Part shown: positions 14,628 to 27,558 of the stretch, piece after piece
Layout of the letters: each line of letters begins with the position of its first letter
Numbering within the stretch: position 1 is the first letter of the stretch
NCBI GenBank assembly: GCA_002633005.1
Contig: NMRA01000025.1
Span: 729,785-793,784 of the forward strand
Direction: 5' to 3'
DNA from: Phoronis australis
Taxonomy: Eukaryota > Animalia > Phoronida
DNA length: 64,000 nucleotides
The notes under the pieces: generated by a model
What the model was told of the DNA's origin: nothing
Databases searched by the model: none
What the model saw: the letters and a program-made list of their open reading frames with translations, nothing else
Translations under genes and position numbers: made by a program

Positions 14628-15988
14628 AAACGAGAGCGCTCGGAGGAGCGAAACTTGGCGGAATTAATCGAAAAGACGACCATGGGGAGTACGACGACAA
14701 TTATGACGATCAAAGCTGCAATTATGAATAACACGATAACATTCATGTCACTAGTGAAGGAATCAAATAGAGAGCATACAATCAACTACAATGAAGAAAA
14801 AGACGACGATGGGGATGACGACGACGATCATGACGATGATTTCAACAATTATGAATAACACGGTAACATTCATGTGACTAGCGAAGAAATCAAATAGAGA
14901 GCATATAATAAACTACAATAAAGAATCATGTGACTAGCGAAGAAATCAAATAGAGAGCATACAATCAACTACAATAAAGAACAATAGATGGCGCAACATG
15001 ACGGACGAGCCATGCTTTACAGTAGGACAGTGCTGGCTGGGTCAGTCTGGGTCAACTAGGCATAACCAAAACAAAGTGAACTGAAAGCCAGCCAGCTGCG
15101 TGCTTGCATAGGAACAACGGTATCCGAAAATCTCGAATAATTCAAAAAGTAGACGTCGTAGCGCAAAATGGAAAATATTTTCTGAAAGCCCCTTCAAAAT
15201 TCTATCTAAAGTGGTAGTTTGGCAAAAATCCAAAAACTTTTTCGAGAAAACAGAAAAGTTGCTGTTTTTTTTTTTGAAATTCAAAGTCAAATAACTCGAA
15301 AACGGTAAGTCTGAGAAATACACTCTCGCAGACTTTTTGAAAGGCCATACTTCAAGGAATCCACATGCAAAATTTCACGTCATTTGCTCTTCCCATAAAA
15401 AATGCAACACCAGAGCGATTGAAACCGTGTGAACAGGCCCCACAGCCGCCATCTTGAAGGTGACTTCCGTTTCAATAATTTTTTATAAAAGGTTATTAAA
15501 CTCAACAAACACGTGACCAGTTTGAAAGTGATTGGTTTGCAATTGCGCCCTCTACAGGAGAAAACGTTTTTAGCCATATTTCGGGGTGCGCATGCGCCAC
15601 GTCCAATATTTCCGCCATCTTTAACCGGAAGTCAACGATTTTCTGCACAATTGTAGCACATGCGTGCTAGTATATTCGTACGATTTTCAGCCATGTAGGT
15701 CGAAAAATGCGGCCTCTACGAGTATTTGACTGTGAAATCGGATACAAAATGGCCGCCACGTCCGCCATTTTGTATCCGATCATGACCAAAAACAATAGCG
15801 TTCCAGTGATTCCCGATCTACATGTTGTGTGCAAATTTCGTGAAAATCGCACGAAAATTGCGACCTGTAGAGAGCGAACAAAAAAAAAAAAACTTGCTGT
15901 CAGACCAACATACTTGGCGGAAGAATTCCGCCAAGTAACAAGTAAAAACTTGCTGTCAGACCAACATACTTTCTTCCGCCAAGTAACA
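14628..15988 (-). mobile_element. HINE/DINE-1-like element, copy 2 of the same family
   Basis: GAGCGCTCGGAGGAGCGAAACTTGGCGGAA at the left end and ACTTGGCGGAAGAATTCCGCCAAGTAACAA at the right end give a subTIR pair ACTTGGCGGAA/TTCCGCCAAGT. It has GAC/GAT simple repeats, and about 50 bp of the right terminus is tandemly duplicated. Confidence 0.75.
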
Positions 15989-18068
15989 TAGTGCAAAACA
16001 TTTCATAGGTGTTGCTATAACATAGTTGAACAAGGCATGTTGGGAAAACACTGGCTAGCCCCAAACTATCGTGTTCAAGGTCAACTATCGTGTTTAAGGT
16101 CAAAACTGATGCATTAGCAGGATGCAGATACGAAATCTGGTTAAACCAGCATGGGTTCAGATTGGGAGCCAGGGTTTTCACTGTTTGCCATCTGGAAAGG
16201 CAGACATTAATTAAGACATTCCTTCCATCCACAGAATTACTGGATTCACTAAGGCCTGTACATAAATCACCTTCTGATGGTTTTAACACTCATCTCTTTG
16301 GTGAAATAGCAGGTCCCCAATTGCATAGGAGTTTTGGGGGTGAAATTCAAAGTAGTGTTTGATTGTTGAAGTTCCTAATGACGAGAACTCCTGTATAGGG
16401 CCGTTAGATTCTTTGGCTATCTTTCTATGATGGCGCTTAAATGTTCCTGACCTACGACTGCCATCATATCCCAGCACCTGGTCAATTGCAGGCAATGATC
16501 AGTCATTGGAACCGGTGTTCTCATCTGCAAGCCAATAATGCACAAAGGAAGTCCTTGTTGTTTTTGGGTGTGTAAATTAACTAGTCAGGTTTAACTAATC
16601 AGCCGGGGCCGTGTTTCCTCTGAGTTTCTCGGATGACAACAATTTTCGTGAAAAACTAACAAGTGCATATTTCTTGAGGTTATTGCGAATTCATTAATTT
16701 TCTGCAACATATTTTGCTAGACCCAGTTTTGATGAAGGCATCGTTGATGGACTTTTGATAAGTCCTATGAATTGGTGGTCTTAAGGTCAAGGTCAACCGG
16801 TTGGGCATGAGGGGTGGGTTTCAATAAGATGTTCATGTTATTTGACAACTTTATGATGTTAGAAACTTGTGGTACTGTCTGACCTCTCAAGTTAACTCTT
16901 AGTAATGTTTCTGAATTGTATTTCTTTTTCTACTGGGTAAATTGATTGAATTTTTGTTGAAACTAAGCACAAGTTAGCTGAATTCCAGAAATATTCTTGT
17001 ATTAGGCAACATTCAGCTACTGTAGAAGATTTTGAACATCTTTAATAATGGAAAAATGACAACTTTGGCCATTCTTTTTGCCAAAAAATACAAAGCCTTG
17101 AGAGAAACTGTATGGTAATTTTGCTCAAATTCGAACGCAAATAATGGCCAAAGTTCTCCGTTTTCATTTTTCAAATCCTCACTGTATTGCCTAATGGTTT
17201 ACTAGCAACACCCTTGGTTTCAGTTCTCAATAGAGTCTGACATGCCAATGTTACTGCTCAGTTTCATAATAACTCCTACCAGCCTTTTGTCACAGTGTGG
17301 CATCAAAGGGTTTCGTCCCACAATTTCCAGTGTTCTGTCTGTTTTTGACTCCAGGCTTAACTCCTCAAAGGTTCCGGCCAGTCTGCAGCCAGTCAGAAGG
17401 CGATTTCTAAAACTCCCAACTGTGGTTGCTCCTTAGGCATCGGTGGAAAAAAACGAAATGTTTTGACTGTCATTTTTGCTTTTTGTAAAAAATGAGTGAA
17501 TTGGCTTTTTTCAGCTGGGTACTTTGTCCTGGAATCATGTTGCTGTCCGTAATTGTTTTGCCGATTACCCTTACGGCTGTGCGTGTCGCCGACAGACAAA
17601 AGGGTCGCTTTAAACTCTTTGTTACTGCCTGTAACTGTGCCAAGTTAGTGCCGCTACATTTTTTTCATGTTGCACATTTCTGTCATATATTTTGACTGGT
17701 AATTGACTTTGAGGCATGAAATTAGGATACTTTGCTTCATTTTTACCACATAAAATGACCAAATGCCTGTTTAGTTGCTTATTAAATTAGGCATTTTCTC
17801 TTCATCATTTGTGAATGTGTGTTTGTGTGTTTGTGTGTGTGTGTTTGTCCATGCAAGAGTGAGTAAATGTTTTGATGGACTTAACAAATCAAGTTAGGAG
17901 GAAAGTCACTGCAACATGTCTACAACACGTTTAATTTTTGTCTTGAGGTACCCTCAACATTCACATATTGTTGTCAAGATGAAATGTGAAATTTTCTTGT
18001 TTTTCAAAATATCGTCAAGTTTTGTCAACTATTTACCGGCAGTTAGCAGTGGAAAATCATGTAACTTA

Positions 18069-18195
18069 AGGTGGCGTTTGGCGAGTTGAGCAACTAAAAT
18101 TTTAAGTGGTATTTGACCTGTAAGGTTCCGGCTAAAATCGCCACCGGCAAACTGAGATCGCATTTTGTGAGATCGTACTCGCCAAACTGGACCCT
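18069..18195. mobile_element. Short Tourist/PIF-like MITE
   Basis: Imperfect TIR: AGGTGGCGTTTGGCGAGT versus the right-end reverse complement GGGTCCAGTTTGGCGAGT; non-coding. Confidence 0.5.
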
Positions 18196-18988
18196 GATTA
18201 TCTTTCATGGAGGTTTTGTGCCATCAAACACTGGTTGTGTAGCAGTAACCTACTTACTGCTTCATTGGCCTGTATTGTATCGAAATACACAGTTAGTCAA
18301 TTCACAGTTAATCAAATTGACTTAATCATGCCTAAATGTGGTCTTGTGGCTGTCTGTGTATCTCTGGTCATTGCCACAAGGAAAGCAAAACAATCAGATA
18401 CCAAGCCTGACATGAAGGTGCTAAATTTGCATTCCTTGCTTTCCTGTCAATACCATTTTTCCTGCATTGAATTCTCTTTTTCTTTTCTCGCATCACTTTT
18501 TCCTTCCCTGCAAACTCTCGGGGTGAGGGGTTTCCAATCTACTTCTCGCTAACATTGTTTAGTTTTTCCAACAGTTTTGTTGTGGTTGGACCAGAACAAG
18601 TCAGGGAAGTCAAGGTGGTTCACATGCAAAGAATGTATGTTTGTGGGAGTGAAATTTTGGTGTGATAGAAAATGATATACCGTTAGAATAAATGGAAAAC
18701 CCATGATGCTACATAAGAATGAATGTTTAGATGTAAGGAAACTTCAAGTGTGAAGATGTTTTCAGAAGGTGCAACTGTAATCCAGGTTTTATTTGACTCC
18801 TCAGAATCACTGTCTGACAAACTCCCTTATGTCTGTATCACTCATACTGGTGAGAAATCATGTGTATTCAAAGTCGTCAGTGAAAACCAAATCCATGGCT
18901 GTATTATTTACTGTCATGCTTGCTTTAAAGAATTTTTCAAGTTATAGTTTACCTCACCTCATGAACGCCACCTATGTTATATTTTTAG

Positions 18989-19391
18989 GCATCCCCTATC
19001 TGATCTATGCTAACCGTAAGGACATCAGGCTAATTGACACTACTAACCGGCTGGGCAACTCCACGGTCATCGTCAGCGGCCTGGAGGACGCCGCGGCGCT
19101 CGATTTCTCCTTTGACGATGGCGCCATCTTCTGGACTGATGTGAGCTTAGCTAAGATCATGCGCACCCACATCCATCGTAAGCCCGGCGAAAGTGATAAG
19201 ACAGTGGTGATCGCCACTGGACTCGTCTCCCCTGACGGCCTGGCATGTGATTGGTTGGGTAAGAAGCTGTATTGGACAGATTCAGATACTGATCGGCTGG
19301 AGGTGTGTAATTTCGATGGCACGTCACGCAAGGTTTTGTTCTGGCAAAATATGGATCAGCCACGCGCCATCGCCCTGGACCCGGAGCATGG
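18989..19391 (+). CDS. LRP6: LRP5/6 coding exon (propeller 1, first half); first exon visible in the window
   Basis: tttttag|GC ATC CCC ... CAT GG|gtaagt. Peptide [14 protein letters not shown]...FWTD...YWTD...[11 protein letters not shown] matches the LRP5/6/arrow N-terminus. Confidence 0.95.
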
Positions 19392-19560
19392 GTAAGTAGA
19401 TGTGATCAAATCCAAGCTGTTAATGTCAAAATTGTGTCTCTGTGTGTGTCGTTAATTAATTAATGAACTTCAAAAGGAAGCGATTGACACACAACTTGAG
19501 TAGTTTCACATTTTGAATTTGAAATTAATGTACATCGGGCTGGGAAACTTTATTGAGTAA

Positions 19561-19617
19561 CTTAGTTACGTCTGCTTAGTTACGTCTGCTTAGTTACCTC
19601 TGCTTAGTTACGTCTGC
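19561..19617. repeat. 14-bp tandem repeat x4
   Basis: CTTAGTTACGTCTG x4, with one substitution. Confidence 0.9.
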
Positions 19618-22110
19618 CTCTTTTTGTAAAGTGGTAATGGGCCTTCCCTCAAGCAAGTCTCAATGAACACCAAACTATTTTCTGCTCTCTTGAGTTTCAG
19701 CAACTTCTTGTATTGCCGCGCAACTTAGACTAGGCATATTGAGCGGCAATATGGGAAGTTAATACTGAAAGTTAAAGAGTGTGGAAACTAGTTTCTCTTG
19801 ATGGCTTGTCATCTTAGTGAGCACCAAGGACTCTGTACTTGTGATAAAATTTCTGTACCATAGCTACTGGCAAAAAATAATTTGAAAAATTTATGGGCAT
19901 TCACTATAATATTAAAAGCCTTTGAAAATAAAAAAGTGCAATTTTGGTATTCATTTTTAGTGGTGTTTTTTATCCTGTGTTAAGGCTACAGAAGTCAAAG
20001 ATTGTTCTTGGTATGGAATTTGATAATAGCCTTTTCATTTTGTGCGAAATGTTCTCGAATATTTTGTGACTTGTTGGTTTGTCCAACTGTATACAAAAAG
20101 AAAATTTGCCAGTGTACAATAGTAGATACAGCGCTCCAGTTAGGGAGTCAAGTATGGGTGGTATGAACTGTGCCTGGCCGTTTGTTTTGGTTTTTATGAA
20201 GACAAAATATTCGCTTTTTATTGGTGTACATGCTTGATTGTATAAAAATGCCGCAGTTATCCAACAACCCTTTGGCTAAGTTGAACTGCAGAAGCTGAAC
20301 TGAAATGTGCCATGTGATGAATTTAATTTTCTTGTTGAGACAGTGCTCTTCAACACAAGCTTTCTGTCATTTCCCTTTGTGGCATTCATCAATTATCGTG
20401 CGAGAAAACAAACAACATGCCAATAGTAAATAACTGATTATGATATTTTAACGGTGTTAAGATTCCAGAAAAGATTTATTTGATCCAAACGAATTAGAAA
20501 TTGATGGAAGTTTTTTTCTAGTTCTCTGATATCTTGTGGATTACAACTGATAGCTGTCTGAACTCTGATCTTCCCAGGGCTTGTCAGTACCAACACCAGT
20601 TGCCGTGGCAACAAGACCAGTTTTTACATGCACCCTGACACTGATCTCTGCCTGTGGCAAGGCCTCCCAGCTGTCTTGCCTGATTATCACTTAGTTCATG
20701 ACCATCAGCCAGTGAGGCTGACGTCTGCCCCTGTCTAGTAACCCTGCATGCCCTGACTGCCAAGTAGAAGATGTCAGTTTTGACCTGTTTTCAGCCAGGG
20801 CTCAATAATAGCTGTTTGACATTTGACAAAGTGATTAATACCGAGGCCAGCATGTTTATACATGGGTAATTTTTATTGAATCGATTAGCTATCCCACTGT
20901 TAACCTCGAAATTGCATTAATGGTATTTGGAACAGTGTAAGACAATTGTTATTGCATTAAGTGTGCTCAGGCTTATGGCCACATGGAGGACGTGTGTCTG
21001 ATCAACTCTGTACCTGGAAACTCCCCAGTTAGCACCGGTTTGCACTCTACGGCTGACTGATGATGTTTATCCACCGTGCCTGTCAGTCATTCCAGGTTTT
21101 TTTCCTGGCTAGTCGACAAGTGTCAGTTTCAATGTTGCGTTTCCCCCACTCCAATTTGCCAGTTGTCTGCTGCCACATTCATTATTGGCAGAGTGTCAGT
21201 GAGTCATAGGCCTCCTGCTGCTACTGGCTGGTGTTTGGCAGCACACTTGAACCTTGAGAAGATAAAAATGTCACACATGCACACTTTTTTGTTACTGTGT
21301 TAAGTGTTGTGAGATAACAGGCTGTACACACTGATTCTCTTCTGAGTAAATCACAAACAATCTTAACTTGTCTGAGCCGCTATGATCTGATGTCAAAAGT
21401 TAACTTTCTTCAGTGGCGTGTTTGCTCTTTCAAGGCAACACCATTCACGTGTGGACACTAAGCCAGCGTGACAAGCAATCTTAGTGAGAACAGTAGGAAG
21501 CAATAATTAACTGTCAGGTCATCTCTTGGAAGGCCTAGTAATTATGTCTAATCCCAGTTAGTTACAAGTTGAGGCCAGCTGCATGACGGTAAGTGGCCCA
21601 AATCAAGAGTTGCTTTTGCAAGTTTATTGCACCTTTTGACAGTGCAGGTTTTCAAAGGTGCGAAATTCTGCGATTTGAACCTTGAATGACACATGAACAA
21701 CACTTCTAACAAAACCGACATGGAAACTTAAAATAGACTGATGTCAACCAATACAATTCTTGTGTGTCGCCCTTTTGTTGTGCTACAAAGTGCTACATTT
21801 TTCTGTTGAAAGTTTCATGTCCAAAATCATCTGGGTCTACCCGGCCTTTCTCTTGTAAAAGGTTTTCTACAGGAAGTAGTTTGGGAAAAATAGTGTGTTG
21901 TTAACTTTAGGGGTGGCGCCACCAGTCACTGGGTCTAGTTGGCCTTTGCTACTCTTCACTATGTTGTGGTAAGAGTAAAAAAGAGTTCACATGTATGCGA
22001 TGATTGATGTCTCTCAAGGTCACATTCAGAGCGCTAACTTTCTCTAGATTCTGCTCACTGTTGCAACAATAAAATAGCCGTACAGCAAAATCTCACCAAT
22101 AATTGCCAAA

Positions 22111-24110
22111 CAGGGACTCATCTAGGATTTGAAAATTGGGGGTCCAAATTCGTGAGACTGACGAGTCGTGCAAAGCGCAAATCTGAGGCGCGCAGCGCTG
22201 GGGGGGTGGTGGGGTTGCGGTAGTTGGGGGGGTGGGGGAATTCCCCCCCCTGGTGGGGATAATTGTTACATAAAAAAGGTCATTTCCTTGCATTTTATTT
22301 AGCACACTGTTTGGATGTCTTTTTCTTGTTCAAAGGACGGCACATATGGAAACTAAACAAAAATTAGGAGGTTTGTTCCATTCAGGATGTGTGTATTGTC
22401 ACTAGGCTGCAAAAATCAAGATCTGTAAATCTTTTTAGTAAGATAATCTATGTAGAGTTGCATGATAGACAGCATGAGTACAGGACTCAATGTATCTTGA
22501 AGCTCTCAAAAGAGGAGAGTAAAATTAATGCAGTTGAGAAACCACTTAAAATTGTGAGAAGACAATGAAGTTGCATTCGAAAAGACATAAAAAATATATT
22601 CTAGAGTTCATGTCTACGTTTCGTTACATGGCACAGTAATGCAATTCACGAATCTACAAAAACAAGACCATATCCTCAACAAATTCACAAATCAGTATCA
22701 CCAGTGCTCAACACGGTCGATAATCTCCGCTGGAAAATAGGAGTGACGCAGTGACGGCGTATGTGCACTCGCGCGTGTATACTCGGACATGGCTTCGTAA
22801 AGGATCGTGACCAAAAAAAAACGTCGAAACTCCGTGTTAGAATTTGGCATTCGTATTTTTACGTTTCTTAAACGTTTTTCCGAGTGCTTTACACGTAAAT
22901 TTCACGTCGTTTGGCTACGAGTACGAGCGTAGCCAGTGGTCGCCGGGGACATCGTAGTTGTTACGTCTTCTGCAGTGCATTTTAAAAAAAAGCGGACGCT
23001 TTGTTGAATTGAAACTTACCAGGTTAAAAGTCAATCACTGTATTTCATAGTACGCTAAAAGAAATTTATACTTAAAAAGAACTATTCTTTTCTCGCAGTT
23101 TAAGAGTCAAATCCCCGGCCAGGTTCACAGCCGAAGTAACAGGTGCTGTGCACGTGACTGGCTGACCTACTTTTTTCCATATACGGCACGCAGTGCCACA
23201 CACAGAGGATAAACTCGAATCGCCCAATAATCATGGAATTCCACAATAAGTTGAAGTATTTCGAGGCATTTATTTTCATTCTAAGTTATTCATTGAATAC
23301 GTAACCAACATTACACACCACATTTTTTCTCTTAAAGTTTGCTCTGCATTCTCGCGCATCAATATAAGTCGTTCGGCCGTGCGGATTTTTTGATATTTTT
23401 TCATTCATTCGTTCGAGTTGCAACGGAGCTATGCGAACAAATTAAGGAAGTTTGCGCTAAGTTTCATCTGGTTTGCATGTTCAACGACATTGATGGCATT
23501 CAGTTTGTACGGCAGGTCAGTGCTAGAATTTTGTCGGGCTATCATTTTTTTTCGAAGTGTACGTTCTCCGTCGGCTATTTCAAATTGGCTGCTCCGTTGA
23601 ACACATCGAGTGCCGCTTCAACTTCCGCGTCGGCAACTAGCATTAGGGGTACGGCAAAGAGTCCTTTGAACTTCGGGTGTGGGTTCTTCAATTTCAAAGA
23701 TTAAGTGTCCATGTACGGGTAGTTAGCGCTGGATGCAATATTTCTCGACACTAGTCGTGCGGGGGATTCCGTATGAAGCCACCTTGACGTCACAGAATAG
23801 GAAGGTATTCCCCAAAGATGGCTGCCAGTATTTGCCGATCGTCATTGTGACATTTATAGTAAAAATAGACGGCAAAAGTTTATAATGTCGAGTTATTTCT
23901 TAATATTTAGCGAACTTAAACAATGAATTGTAGGTTTCAATGAAATTTATTAATAATAAATGTTACAATTCTTCGTTTAGCCTTCATTTTCGCCGAGGTT
24001 GTTTTGGAACAGGCCGTCTTTTTTCCGTCTTGGCCGTGCCGTCCAAAGCCGTCATTTTTTTAAAAGGGCCGTCCCAAGGACGGCCAGGACGGCCGCTAGA
24101 TGAGTCCCTG
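22111..24110. mobile_element. Non-autonomous hAT DNA transposon, 2000 bp
   Basis: Perfect 15-bp TIR CAGGGACTCATCTAG / CTAGATGAGTCCCTG and perfect 8-bp TSD TTGCCAAA (22103-22110, 24111-24118). Clustered GCCGTC subterminal motifs at 24010-24095. No transposase ORF. Confidence 0.92.
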
Positions 24111-25189
24111 TTGCCAAAAGTGGTCATCATTGGATATGATGCGACCGCATTTTGAGAAGCAATTTCTCCCACTAAATAACGGGCATCAGACTCACCGGGT
24201 TCTCAAAACACAGTCACGCTAAATGACTTTTGTCATTTTTCATGGTCTTCTCACAGAAGTTGTCAAAATTTTGTTTTATGATAAATAACATAGTTGAACA
24301 TGGTAAATCATTAATGTGGTACAATGTGGTACAATATACCTAAAATGAAAAATGAAGTTTCAGATGTCGGATATATTGTGTGATAAATTGGTGACATTTT
24401 ACCGTACCAGCCTGAAAAAATGCTGTCAAAATTTGAAACATAACTGGTTGTGTCAGAACTTGTGCTCAAAATGAACGTATAACCTGCTTGTGTATTGGGT
24501 AACATCACCTACCATTCCCATTCAAAAAACCAGGCCTTTGTTCACTCCCCACACCCTTGTGTTGTGTATTGAAAGCTCCTGTAAACAATGATACTGGGAT
24601 TGAGAAAATACTGTACATCAGGGTCATTAAGTATTCTACCACTGAGCTGTCAAAGGTTGGGTGACACAGTGCAAATACATCTGCTAGAATAAAACAAATA
24701 TTTGTGCCTTTCACTTCTGGCTAAAGAATAGGCTGTTGTAGAAGATTTGTGGAGTTGTTTTAGATAACAAAGAAGCAGTTAGTGTGTGAATGTCTAGTTG
24801 GTGTAGAAATAAGCAGCAGTTGTCTTCAATTGGTGACCTTTCTTTTTGACGCATCAACGGTTGTCGCCTAACAGCAGAAACAAATTCTTCTCGCTATATT
24901 TTATTAAAACAGTGGTCTTACTATATGTTGTGTAGAATACATCTTGTTACCATCTGAGTGGTACTTTTGTACAGAACACAATTCATCAAGAATATGTTGA
25001 TGAAGTTGAATTTCAGTGCCGTCAATGTTATTTTTAAATCTTTTGTTCCAATGCTTAAAATTTTTCTTTACAAACTTAACTTCACTTCGCGTAAGTGCAA
25101 TTTTCCGACCTTTGTAGAGGGTCCTCTTTTGGAAACAACACTGTCGAAGGTGTGTAACTTGAACGGTTTGAACCCTCTGTTGAGATTGT

Positions 25190-25640
25190 GTAGACCCTTA
25201 TCAACAAGCTTGCTTACTTAACCAAGTATCTAAAAAAAACTGTAGGTTTTAACTCAGTAAACGTATGTTTTCTGAAAGTAGGAAGTTTATAGAATTCGGT
25301 TTTTTAACTTTTTTGCCAATCTCCCCTTAACATGTTAAAAATATGTGACAGAAAAGCAAGGTGCGTTCATAGAAAAGCAACGGAATCAAAATCAGGGCCA
25401 AATTTTCGTGGTGTAAATTTTCAAAATTAAAACTAAAAAATGGTGTTATTGTTTTCTTAGCCCTAATTTCGTTTTCGTTATATGCATCTTTTGACTTTTT
25501 TTCACAAAAGTCATAAAAAATCTCTTTTCGTTAAGCTCTTATGGTACATTTTAAACATAATTCCTAAAGTAGAGTATCTGAAAGTTTCATATGAATTTGT
25601 TCTTCCATTTCTGAGACAATATTCTGGAGTTATCCAACAT
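25190..25640 (+). repeat. Dispersed decayed repeat family, also at about 47350-47935 and about 57395-57826
   Basis: All three sites share blocks in the same order: GACC(C)TT..., TAG(A/G)TTTTAACTCAG, AAGGT(G/A)C(A/G)TT. Two copies also share ATCCGATCAGCCATTTCT. Boundaries are approximate. Confidence 0.6.
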
Positions 25641-26014
25641 TTTTGTATGCTCTTACCCTTGTTTTGTGTAATGAAAAAGTTTTTAATTGCAATTGCTGAA
25701 CAGTACATCATTGCCTGACCACAGGCTCAGTGCATTAACACTGTGACAACACTCCACTAGAGCCTAGTCTCAATCTATAACAAACTGTTGTTTCTTTCTA
25801 AGTCCAGACATCGTCTATAATTTGAGCAACAAACAAGTTGAGACTAATTCCAAGACTGTGGGTGGTATAAATGCACATCAAGTGAGAGTTAACTTTGTAA
25901 TTTTTCATGAATACAATGCCAATCTAGGAATTACTACTTACATACTTACATACTCCTTTGACCACTAGTTTACAGACTTATTGCTGTCATTCATCTACTT
26001 GTATACCATTTCAG

Positions 26015-26415
26015 TTACATATACTGGACTGACTGGGGTGAGCCGCCGAAGATCGAGCGTGCTGGCATGGACGGCAATCTCAGTACGCGCGCTATTGTCA
26101 TCAATGAGAACATCGTCTGGCCTAATGGTCTTACCATCGACTACAGTGACCGGCGGCTCTACTGGGCTGATGCCCATCACAACTTCATTCATAGCTCCAA
26201 TCTGGATGGCACTGATCGCCAAGTGGTAATCGAGTCAGACCTACCGCACCCGTTTGCTGTAACGCTTTATGGCAATACCATCTATTGGACGGACTGGAAT
26301 AACAACGCCATTTATGGGTGTGACAAGAGAACGGGCGGAAACAGAACGGTTGTGCATAGTCACATCTACTCGCCGATGGATATTCACGTGTTCGCCAAGG
26401 GACGCCAGCTCGCAG
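26015..26415 (+). CDS. LRP6: LRP5/6 coding exon (propeller 1, second half)
   Basis: tttcag|T TAC ATA TAC TGG ([20 protein letters not shown]) ... GCA G|gtatta; phase matches the previous exon. Confidence 0.95.
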
Positions 26416-26790
26416 GTATTATAAATCGGCAGAATGTCATTGGTGTGGCATGCATTAAGAGACCATTCACAATTATCGCCAGTTTTATGAGTATACAACA
26501 TTTAGTGTGGGAGGGGTCGTGGTTTTGTTGCTGGTCTGCATTCTTGATGACGTAGAAATTTGGATGGGAAAAGACCAATTCAATGACTTTTCTGTCGCCT
26601 TTTCACTTATAAACATAACATAATAGCAAACTACTTTCATATCGCCATCGTTGTTTGACGGGAACGTTCAGGCACTTTCGAAGTGGTTTTCATAAAAACT
26701 AAACCCAACAGGCAAGTGGAAATACGAGACGGGCTTGGAGTTTCCACTTCTCCTGTTGTCACCACACAAAATACCAACATTTTTGTACAG

Positions 26791-27392
26791 TTTTTATGCG
26801 CCCACATATTTATATGTGGACGCATTATGCCGTCATCTCTGTCCGTCCGTCCGGGCGGCGTCCGTCCGGCGTCTGGCGTCCGGCGTCCGCTGCTCTATCT
26901 CCAAAACCCTTTGACATACGTTCATGAAATTTGGCACATATGTTCCATTCATCAATGGGACGGCATGTGCGAACTTTCGGACGGATCCGACAACCGGTGT
27001 GCCCCCTAGTGGCAATTTTAGTTTTTTACGCTTACCTTTGTATCTTCAAAAGTCCTGAACGGATTTTCATGAAATTTGGTATGTAGGCACCTAGTAGTGA
27101 GATGACGCTATCCTGCCGTTTTCGGATGGATTTGACATAGTGTGCGCCACCTAGTGGCCATTTTTACTGTTTTCGAGTCTGTTTTTGTGCTTCCACCCCT
27201 CTATCAACCAAACCGCTCAAAGGATGATTGTGAAAATTGGCATGTATGTGCTTACTATGTAGAGGACGGTTGACGATGATTTTCCGACGATTTCGACTAC
27301 TGTGGCACCTCCTAGTGGCAGTTTTGTTTTTTTTGCGCCTATGGCTGTATCTCCTAAACCGTTCGCAGGATTGTTACGAAATTGTGTAAGTA
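26791..27392 (+). mobile_element. HINE/pearl-like element with internal tandem units of about 150 bp, cut by an assembly N
   Basis: TTTT-ATGCGCCCACATA-TTTA-TATGTGGACGCAT terminal inverted repeat, then a (GTCC)/(GGCGTCC) microsatellite, then 3.3 diverged units containing GAAA(A/T)TTGG...CCTAGTGGC. Confidence 0.75.
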
Positions 27393-27393
27393 N

Positions 27394-27558
27394 TGATAGT
27401 CTGAGCTGAATGGTAGATATAGACTGATAGTCTGAGCTGAATGGTAGATATAGTCTGATAGTCTGAGCTGAATGGTAGATATAGTCTGATAGTCTGAGCT
27501 GAATGGTAGATATTGTCTGATAGTCTGAGCTGAATAGTAGATTTAGTCTGATAGTCTG
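27394..27558. repeat. 31-bp minisatellite, at least 5 units, beginning at an N
   Basis: TGATAGTCTGAGCTGAATGGTAGATATAGTC x5 plus a partial unit. Confidence 0.95.

Noticed and set aside
9478-14785. Family of small hydrophobic 'membrane proteins' (MNVIVLFIIAALIVIIVV) at 9478, 9725 and 14588
   Set aside because: They come from the (GAT/GAC)n-rich repeated block of the HINE copies read on the - strand, and starts and stops differ between copies.
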